26,098 bases of DNA from Dickeya dadantii NCPPB 898 (GTDB lineage Bacteria; Pseudomonadota; Gammaproteobacteria; Enterobacterales; Enterobacteriaceae), in contig NZ_CM001976.1 of the NCBI RefSeq assembly GCF_000406145.1, positions 4,276,182 to 4,302,279 on the forward strand, read 5' to 3'. Positions within the stretch are counted from its first letter, which is position 1. Each line of letters begins with the position of its first letter. Shown here piece by piece: positions 9,850 through 26,098 of the stretch. A program made the translations under genes and the position numbers. The notes below the pieces were generated by a model. The model was not told the origin of the DNA and ran no database searches. It was given only the letters and a program-made list of their open reading frames with translations.

Positions 9850-10078
9850 TTACTCTAACAACTGAATCGGCATGCCAGAAGGCCAGTGGTAAAAGCATTG
9901 TTTTCTTACCACTGGCCTCCCAGTTCTTACCCTGTGCTTTTTGATGTTTCTCTTTCCGGCTATAGCTCCCTTTACCTTTTGCATTCTGTTCAACACGCTG
10001 GCGAAACAGAGGATCATGAAGCAGCGCCTCAAGCGCGTTATTTTTTATCTGCCCTTTGGTATGGCGATAGTGTGACAT
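9812..10078 (-). CDS. arfA: Alternative ribosome-rescue factor ArfA (YhdL). The full ORF is shown, but the active product is expected to be C-terminally truncated.
   Basis: The N-terminal 55 aa ([59 protein letters not shown]) align closely with E. coli ArfA as recalled ([39 protein letters not shown]...GNWEASGKK). A GAGG SD site precedes the ATG. The position next to mscL matches E. coli. Confidence 0.85.
   Translation of the reverse strand: MSHYRHTKGQIKNNALEALLHDPLFRQRVEQNAKGKGSYSRKEKHQKAQGKNWEASGKKTMLLPLAFWHADSVVRVIMCFWNGYRPVV
9880..9918 (-). promoter_or_regulatory. Intra-ORF hairpin of arfA mRNA (expected RNase III / termination site producing non-stop mRNA)
   Basis: A perfect 13-bp inverted repeat, AGGCCAGTGGTAA (9880..9892) and TTACCACTGGCCT (9906..9918), with a 13-nt loop. 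It spans the codons for EASGKK...LPLA. Confidence 0.7.
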
Positions 10079-10138
10079 AAATCGACCTCATTCTATGGAT
10101 ACAACATTCAACGTGAATTGCCTTTTATCGCAAGCGGT

Positions 10139-10525
10139 TCAGTCATCTTTAACAGAGATATTCCTCTCCAGCCTGAAACCTAATGCATGCTGATAAGACC
10201 CTTTCAGAAAATCGGTATTCATTCCTGATAGCTGCAGACGTAATTCCAGCGCCTTGAATCGCCGGGATAAATCGGCATAGTCTGCAGATGTCGGGTCAGC
10301 CGCATGCAGTAAATTTGCCAATGTCAGCGCTTCTTTGCGAGCGGACAGCTCCGGCGGCAAAAAACCGCCATTCTTCATCAGATGGTATGCGCTGCGTAGT
10401 TCAGCAGGAACAGCGCTATTGTCATCCAACTGAAGCGGTTTACCGCTTCCTGGCAAGTGGTCTAACTCCCCACGCTTTTGCGCCTCAATGATATGGCGTT
10501 CAGCCCATTCATCAATAGGAAACAT
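10139..10525 (-). CDS. yhdN: DUF1992 (DnaJ-like domain) protein YhdN
   Basis: 128 aa from the ATG at 10525 (MFPIDEWAERHIIEAQKRGELDHLPGSGKPLQLDD), matching the E. coli YhdN N-terminus as recalled (MWLLDQWAERHIAEAQAKGEFDNL). The track start at 10594 is a TTG with no homology support. Confidence 0.8.
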   Translation of the reverse strand: MFPIDEWAERHIIEAQKRGELDHLPGSGKPLQLDDNSAVPAELRSAYHLMKNGGFLPPELSARKEALTLANLLHAADPTSADYADLSRRFKALELRLQLSGMNTDFLKGSYQHALGFRLERNISVKDD

Positions 10526-10617
10526 AAAACGGCCCCCGCACAATTTTTCACCAGCATGATAGTAGATTGGAGAGTGTTCGAACAGCAGCAACAAGACGAG
10601 CTTTAAAACGAGGACGT

Positions 10618-10646
10618 AAAAAAACCGGGTTTACCCCGGCTTTTTT
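10618..10646 (-). terminator. Rho-independent terminator of the alpha operon (after rplQ)
   Basis: The minus strand reads AAAAAAGCCGGGGTAAACCCGGTTTTTTT: a short GC stem (CCGGG/CCCGG) flanked by an A-tract and a T-tract. It starts 14 nt after the rplQ stop. Confidence 0.7.
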
Positions 10647-10659
10647 ACGCTAGTGCAAA

Positions 10660-11076
<417 letters not shown>

Positions 11077-11092
11077 TTAACCTGTGATCCGG

Positions 11093-12082
11093 TTACTCAT
11101 CAGCAATGCTTGCCGGCGGCCAGTTTTCCAGGCGCATGCCCAGAGACAGACCACGAGAAGCCAGCACGTCTTTAATCTCAGTAAGAGATTTTTTACCCAG
11201 GTTGGGCGTTTTAAGCAGTTCAACCTCGGTACGCTGTACCAGATCACCGATGTAGTGGATAGCTTCTGCCTTAAGGCAGTTAGCAGAGCGGACAGTCAAT
11301 TCAAGATCGTCAACAGGGCGCAGCAGGATCGGATCGAATTCTGGTTTCTCTTCTTTCACTTCCGGCTGACGTACATCACGTAAGTCAACGAAAGCTTCCA
11401 ATTGTTCAGCCAGAATGGTCGCCGCACGGCGGATCGCCTCTTCAGGATCGATCGTGCCATTGGTTTCCATCTCGATAACCAGCTTGTCCAGATCAGTACG
11501 CTGTTCAACACGAGCTGCTTCAACATTGTAAGCGATACGCTCAACAGGGCTGTAGCAAGCGTCGACTAACAGGCGACCGATCGGGCGCTCATCTTCTTCC
11601 GTATGAATACGGGCAGACGCCGGCACATAACCGCGACCACGCTGAACTTTGATACGCATATTGATAGATGCGTTCTCATCGGTCAGATGGCAGATCACAT
11701 GCTGTGGCTTGACGATTTCGACATCACCGTCGTGGGTGATGTCGGCTGCAGTCACAGGGCCAATGCCAGATTTATTCAGGGTAAGAATAACTTCATCTTT
11801 GCCTTGAACTCTCACCGCCAGCCCTTTCAGGTTGAGCAGGATTTCCAGGATATCTTCCTGTACGCCTTCTTTGGTGCTGTACTCGTGCAGTACACCATCA
11901 ATCTCAACCTCGGTCACCGCGCAACCAGGCATGGATGAAAGCAGAATACGGCGCAGTGCGTTACCAAGAGTATGGCCGAAGCCCCGCTCTAACGGCTCAA
12001 GGGTCACCTTGGCGTGCGTCGAACTGACTTGCTCGATATCTACCAGGCGCGGTTTTAGAAACTCTGTCACAGAACCCTGCAT
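11093..12082 (-). CDS. rpoA: DNA-directed RNA polymerase alpha subunit
   Basis: 329 aa beginning [45 protein letters not shown]. The C-terminal domain is present. Confidence 0.98.
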
Positions 12083-12107
12083 TGTGTCCTCTCTTTGGTA
12101 CTAAGCT

Positions 12108-12746
<639 letters not shown>

Positions 12747-12758
12747 CTAAAAGCGGCG

Positions 12759-13151
<393 letters not shown>

Positions 13152-13164
13152 TCAATCACCCCGA

Positions 13165-13621
<457 letters not shown>

Positions 13622-13650
13622 AATCTAGCCAGCTCAATCCAACTTTGCAA
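13622..13650 (-). promoter_or_regulatory. Alpha-operon promoter (TTGCAA-17-TAGATT)
   Basis: Minus strand: TTGCAA (13650..13645), a 17-nt spacer AGTTGGATTGAGCTGGC, then TAGATT (13627..13622). It lies in the rpmJ-rpsM gap and matches the E. coli alpha-operon promoter sequence as recalled. Confidence 0.65.
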
Positions 13651-13668
13651 GAAAAATATGCGAGATAA

Positions 13669-13809
<141 letters not shown>

Positions 13810-13819
13810 CTAAACCCAA

Positions 13820-15151
13820 TTAGCGGCTATAGCCTTTCAGGTTTGCCTTCTTCAATGCAGACTCATACTGACTGGACATCAGCAAAGTTTGCACTTGAGC
13901 CATAAAGTCCATAATCACAACGACAACGATCAATAATGACGTACCACCGAAGTAGAACGGCACTTTCATTGCGTCACGCATGAACTCCGGGATGAGGCAG
14001 ATAAAGGTAATGTACATCGCACCGACCAGAGTCAGACGGGTCATCACTTTATCAATATACTTCGCCGTTTGCTCTCCCGGACGAATTCCTGGCACGAATG
14101 CACCGGACTTCTTCAGGTTATCTGCTGTTTCACGCGGGTTGAACACCAACGCAGTATAGAAGAAACAGAAGAAGATGATTGCAGATGCATAGAGTAACAC
14201 ATAAAGCGGTTGCCCAGGCTGCAGGTACAGCGAAATAGTTGTCAGCCAGTTCCAACCGGTACCGCCCCCGAACCAGGATGCAATGGTTGCGGGGAACAGA
14301 ATAATACTGGAAGCAAAGATAGCCGGGATAACCCCTGCCATATTCACTTTCAGCGGTAAGTGCGTACTCTGAGCTGCGTATACGCGACGTCCTTGCTGAC
14401 GTTTAGCATAGTTAACAACGATACGACGTTGACCACGCTCAATAAACACCACAAAAAACGTTACTGCGAATACCAGCACTGCAACCAACAGCAACAGGAG
14501 GAAGTGCAGATCGCCTTGCCGAGCTTGCTCGATAGTATGGCCAATGGCCGGCGGTAACCCCGCGACAATACCGGCAAAGATTATGATAGAGATACCGTTG
14601 CCGATACCTCGTTCAGTAATCTGCTCGCCCAGCCACATCAGGAACATTGTCCCGGTAACCAGACTGACAACAGCGGTGAAATAAAACGCAAAGCCCGGAT
14701 TAATAACCAGACCTTGCATTCCAGGCATATTCGGCAAACCGGTAGCAATACCGATTGACTGAAATATTGCCAACACCAAGGTACCGTAACGGGTATACTG
14801 ACTGATCTTACGTCGGCCAGCCTCCCCTTCCTTCTTAATTTCCGCTAAAGCCGGATGAACCACCGTCAACAACTGAATGATGATGGACGCCGAGATGTAC
14901 GGCATAATCCCCAGAGCGAAAATCGAAGCACGGCTAAGTGCACCACCAGAGAACATGTTAAACATTTCAATGATGGTGCCACGCTGTTGTTCGAGCAATT
15001 TGGCAAGCACAGTGGCATCAATACCAGGGATCGGAATAAAAGAGCCAATACGGAAAACAATCAGCGCACCGATAACAAACAATAGTCTGCGTTTCAGTTC
15101 GCCAACTCCGCCTTTAGCACTTTGAAAATCTAATCCTGGTTGTTTAGCCAT
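13820..15151 (-). CDS. secY: Protein translocase subunit SecY
   Basis: 443 aa beginning [45 protein letters not shown], multi-pass hydrophobic. Confidence 0.98.
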   Translation of the reverse strand: MAKQPGLDFQSAKGGVGELKRRLLFVIGALIVFRIGSFIPIPGIDATVLAKLLEQQRGTIIEMFNMFSGGALSRASIFALGIMPYISASIIIQLLTVVHPALAEIKKEGEAGRRKISQYTRYGTLVLAIFQSIGIATGLPNMPGMQGLVINPGFAFYFTAVVSLVTGTMFLMWLGEQITERGIGNGISIIIFAGIVAGLPPAIGHTIEQARQGDLHFLLLLLVAVLVFAVTFFVVFIERGQRRIVVNYAKRQQGRRVYAAQSTHLPLKVNMAGVIPAIFASSIILFPATIASWFGGGTGWNWLTTISLYLQPGQPLYVLLYASAIIFFCFFYTALVFNPRETADNLKKSGAFVPGIRPGEQTAKYIDKVMTRLTLVGAMYITFICLIPEFMRDAMKVPFYFGGTSLLIVVVVIMDFMAQVQTLLMSSQYESALKKANLKGYSR

Positions 15152-15158
15152 CTGCTAC

Positions 15159-15593
15159 TTATTCCTCAATTTTGCCGCCAGCAGCTTCGATAGCAGCACG
15201 AGCGCCTTTGGTGACGCGCAGACCACGAATCGTTACCGGACGTGCAACTTCGCCAGACAGAATCACTTTCGCGAATTCAATCTGAACGCCGATGACGTTA
15301 GCAGCTTTCAGCGTATTCAGATCAACAACATCGCCTTCCACGCGAGCCAGGTCAGACAGACGGATTTCCGCTGTTACCATAGCTTTGCGGGAAGTGAAGC
15401 CGAACTTCGGCAGACGACGGTACAAAGGCATCTGACCGCCTTCGAAGCCACGACGTACACCGCCGCCAGAACGAGAGTTCTGACCTTTGACGCCGCGACC
15501 ACCAGTCTTACCTAGGCCGGAACCGATACCGCGACCTACGCGCTTCGGCGCGTGTTTGGCGCCTTCGGCCGGAGACAGAGTATTCAAACGCAT
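15159..15593 (-). CDS. rplO: 50S ribosomal protein L15
   Basis: 144 aa beginning [34 protein letters not shown]. Confidence 0.98.
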   Translation of the reverse strand: MRLNTLSPAEGAKHAPKRVGRGIGSGLGKTGGRGVKGQNSRSGGGVRRGFEGGQMPLYRRLPKFGFTSRKAMVTAEIRLSDLARVEGDVVDLNTLKAANVIGVQIEFAKVILSGEVARPVTIRGLRVTKGARAAIEAAGGKIEE

Positions 15594-15596
15594 CTG

Positions 15597-16292
<696 letters not shown>

Positions 16293-16297
16293 CTACC

Positions 16298-16660
<363 letters not shown>

Positions 16661-17194
16661 TTACTTCTTCTTAGCCTCTTTGGTACGCACGACTTCATCG
16701 GCGTAACGGACACCTTTACCTTTATAAGGCTCAGGACGACGGTAAGCGCGCAGGTCAGCCGCTACCTGACCGATCAGCTGTTTATCAGCACCTTTCAGTA
16801 CGATTTCAGTCTGAGACGGACATTCAGCAGTAATGCCTGCAGGCAGTTCGTGATCGATCGGGTGAGAGAAGCCCAGGGCCAGATTCACCACATTACCTTT
16901 CACGGCTGCACGATAACCTACACCTACCAATTGCAGCTTTTTGGTGAAGCCTTCGGTAACACCGATAACCATACTGTTCAGCAGAGCGCGGGTAGTACCG
17001 GCCTGAGCCCAGCCATCGGCAAAACCTTCGCGTGGAGCGAAAGTCAGCACGTTATCAGCTTGTTTAACTTCGACAGCAGCATTGATCTCACGAACCAACT
17101 CGCCGTTTTTACCCTTGATCGAAACATCCTGACCGTTGAGTTTTACCTCTACGCCGGCAGGAATGACGACGGGTGCTTTTGCAACACGAGACAT
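16661..17194 (-). CDS. rplF: 50S ribosomal protein L6
   Basis: 177 aa beginning [33 protein letters not shown]. Confidence 0.98.
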   Translation of the reverse strand: MSRVAKAPVVIPAGVEVKLNGQDVSIKGKNGELVREINAAVEVKQADNVLTFAPREGFADGWAQAGTTRALLNSMVIGVTEGFTKKLQLVGVGYRAAVKGNVVNLALGFSHPIDHELPAGITAECPSQTEIVLKGADKQLIGQVAADLRAYRRPEPYKGKGVRYADEVVRTKEAKKK

Positions 17195-17207
17195 TCTTCC
17201 CTCCCGA

Positions 17208-17606
<399 letters not shown>

Positions 17607-17633
17607 TTACTCCCGTGATTCAATTGGTGACAA

Positions 17634-19215
<1,582 letters not shown>

Positions 19216-19280
19216 CTAATGTCAACTACTACTTTTCGAACCCTTGCGGGTCATTAATACCCCATAATCGAGGGCGCAGT

Positions 19281-19289
19281 ATTATAACA
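19281..19289 (-). promoter_or_regulatory. spc-operon promoter, extended -10 (TGTTATAAT)
   Basis: The minus strand reads GGTGTTATAATACTGCGCCCTCG, with TATAAT at 19286..19281 and an upstream TG at 19289..19288. The leader that follows (...GTAGTAGTTGACATTAGCGGAGCACTAAC-ATG) matches the E. coli spc promoter and leader as recalled. I could not identify a convincing -35 hexamer. Confidence 0.55.
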
Positions 19290-19310
19290 CCACTTCCCGA
19301 CCATGGGTAG

Positions 19311-19341
19311 AAAAAATAAACGGCCCTTTACAGAGCCGTTT
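19311..19341 (-). terminator. Rho-independent terminator of the S10 operon (after rpsQ)
   Basis: The minus strand reads AAACGGCTCTGTAAAGGGCCGTTTATTTTTT: a 7-bp stem AAACGGC/GCCGTTT followed by a T-run. It lies 27 nt after the rpsQ stop. Confidence 0.7.
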
Positions 19342-19367
19342 ATTATCAAGAGAAGTGCAACACTGTA

Positions 19368-20223
<856 letters not shown>

Positions 20224-20236
20224 TCAGCGACTCTCC

Positions 20237-21297
<1,061 letters not shown>

Positions 21298-21302
21298 CTA
21301 CC

Positions 21303-21584
<282 letters not shown>

Positions 21585-21597
21585 TTATCCTCTAAAA

Positions 21598-23994
<2,397 letters not shown>

Positions 23995-24014
23995 TCAATC
24001 GCTCAATGACCTGA

Positions 24015-24503
<489 letters not shown>

Positions 24504-24507
24504 GCGC

Positions 24508-24535
24508 ATTATACGCAAATTTGCTCAGGAAGCAA
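24508..24535 (-). promoter_or_regulatory. S10-operon promoter (TTGCTT-16-TATAAT)
   Basis: Minus strand: TTGCTT (24535..24530), a 16-nt spacer, TATAAT (24513..24508), then a GCGCGGG discriminator. Confidence 0.65.
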
Positions 24536-24615
24536 TCGAAAGTTAGAGTTGATGCTTTATTCATCAGCCACCGACTGGACAACAATCGTATCGCAGCGAA
24601 TGTCGGGTGAAAAAA

Positions 24616-25089
24616 TCACTCTTCTTTCAATTGCGTTTGCAGGTAGTTTTGGATACCCAGACGCGTAATCAGCTCTAATTCGGTTTCCAGCCAGTCAATG
24701 TGCTCTTCTTCATCAGCGAGCACGTCAACCATCAGATCGCGACTGACATAATCCCTCACCGAGTCGGCATAGGAGATCGCTTCACGCAAATCCTTCGCAC
24801 CTTCGAGTTCCAACGCAAGATCAGAACGCAGCATCTCTTCTACGTCTTCACCGATATTGAGTTTGCCAAGATCCTGCAGATTAGGGACACCTTCCAGAAA
24901 AAGGATACGTTCGATATAACGATCCGCGTGTTTCATTTCGTCAATTGACTCATGATACTCATGATCGTTAAGACGTTTGAGTCCCCAGTTTTTGAACATG
25001 CGGGCATGAAGGAAATACTGGTTGATTGCAACCAGTTCGTTACCCAACAGTTTGTTCAGATGTGTAATGACATTCTTATCGCCTTTCAT
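24616..25089 (-). CDS. bfr: Bacterioferritin
   Basis: 157 aa beginning [37 protein letters not shown]. The IDEMKHAD segment (haem-ligand Met and ferroxidase residues) is present, and a GGAGGAG SD site precedes the start. Confidence 0.95.
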   Translation of the reverse strand: MKGDKNVITHLNKLLGNELVAINQYFLHARMFKNWGLKRLNDHEYHESIDEMKHADRYIERILFLEGVPNLQDLGKLNIGEDVEEMLRSDLALELEGAKDLREAISYADSVRDYVSRDLMVDVLADEEEHIDWLETELELITRLGIQNYLQTQLKEE

Positions 25090-25163
25090 GACTCTACTCC
25101 TCCGCTCCAGTACTAAAAAGTGTAGAAGCGGTCAACACAGAGTCAAAAGAATGCCCTTATCAC

Positions 25164-25358
25164 TTATGCGACTTTATACAATTCCGCATTTTTTGCTGTT
25201 TCTTCTTCCAGGATCAGCCTGGCCTGACGGATGCATTTACCACATTCCGTCCCAACCGGCACAAATTGCTTTAATTGTTTCAGCGACTGAGGCTGGTGCT
25301 GACGAACGACCTGTCGAATAACTTTATCGGAAACGGCATTGCACAGACAGACATACAT
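25164..25358 (-). CDS. bfd: Bacterioferritin-associated ferredoxin (2Fe-2S)
   Basis: 64 aa from the ATG at 25358 ([18 protein letters not shown]...[13 protein letters not shown]), carrying the four Cys of the Bfd cluster motif. The N-terminus matches E. coli Bfd as recalled (MYVCLCNGISDKKIRQAV). An upstream in-frame ATG at 25373 would add 5 residues (MSYPH) and cannot be excluded. Confidence 0.85.
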   Translation of the reverse strand: MYVCLCNAVSDKVIRQVVRQHQPQSLKQLKQFVPVGTECGKCIRQARLILEEETAKNAELYKVA

Positions 25359-25392
25359 ATGCGGATAACTCATTTTTTAACCAATTAAACGC

Positions 25393-25421
25393 ATTGTAAA
25401 TAAGAATGGTTTTTATTTCAA
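25393..25421 (-). promoter_or_regulatory. Candidate bfd-bfr promoter (TTGAAA-17-TACAAT) with a Fur-box-like AT-rich spacer
   Basis: Minus strand: TTGAAA (25421..25416), a 17-nt spacer, then TACAAT (25398..25393). The 19-mer at 25399..25417 matches the Fur consensus GATAATGATAATCATTATC at 11 of 19 positions by my hand alignment. Confidence 0.5.
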
Positions 25422-25438
25422 TTCTTCTCTGGGGGAAT

Positions 25439-25466
25439 AAAAAAAGGGCACCGAAGTACCCTTTTT
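25439..25466 (-). terminator. Rho-independent terminator after tufA
   Basis: The minus strand reads AAAAAGGGTACTTCGGTGCCCTTTTTT: a 6-bp stem GGGUAC/GUGCCC (one G-U pair) closed by a UUCG tetraloop, followed by a U-run. It starts about 22 nt after the tuf stop. Confidence 0.75.
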
Positions 25467-25487
25467 CTTTACTTTAGCTATCGGCAA

Positions 25488-26098
<611 letters not shown>

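Noticed and set aside
9880-9918. The mscL/arfA hairpin interpreted as a classical bidirectional intrinsic terminator.
   Set aside because: Neither strand has a U-rich tract after the stem. It is better explained as the arfA RNase III / non-stop-mRNA hairpin, although a role in ending mscL transcription is not excluded.
9850-10080. ORFs 9850..10032 (-, 60 aa) and 9886..10080 (+, 64 aa) overlapping arfA.
   Set aside because: They are alternative frames or the opposite strand of arfA. Only the 9812..10078 frame gives the conserved ArfA N-terminus.

Overview
This window is conserved core chromosome from an Enterobacterales-type gammaproteobacterium, syntenic with the E. coli rrnD / def-fmt / r-protein region. 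Protein sequences diverge from E. coli, so it is a different genus that I cannot name. I found no previously undescribed system, and the findings below are modest, low-interest anomalies.

Gene content, left to right:
- The 5' end of a 16S rRNA gene (minus strand, running off the left edge), with its leader (boxA) and tandem P2/P1 promoters.
- Divergent yrdA.
- A tightly overlapped minus-strand block: dprA-smg-yrdD-tsaC-aroE-yrdB.
- Plus-strand def-fmt-rsmB-trkA-mscL.
- Minus-strand arfA (with its intra-ORF hairpin) and yhdN. zntR, which E. coli has between them, is absent.
- The complete alpha operon (rpsM-rpsK-rpsD-rpoA-rplQ).
- The complete spc operon (rplN-rplX-rplE-rpsN-rpsH-rplF-rplR-rpsE-rpmD-rplO-secY-rpmJ).
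- The complete S10 operon (rpsJ-rplC-rplD-rplW-rplB-rpsS-rplV-rpsC-rplP-rpmC-rpsQ). All three operons are on the minus strand, with recognisable promoters, leaders and terminators.
- bfr, bfd and the 3' part of tufA (minus strand, running off the right edge).

rpmJ (38 aa) is not in the ORF track and was found by hand. Several track ORFs needed start-codon trimming: yrdA, tsaC, mscL, yhdN, rpmD, rpsN and bfd.

I saw no mobile elements, CRISPR arrays, tRNAs, defence islands, toxin-antitoxin pairs or orphan accessory genes. Every intergenic gap is short and is explained by promoters, leaders or terminators.
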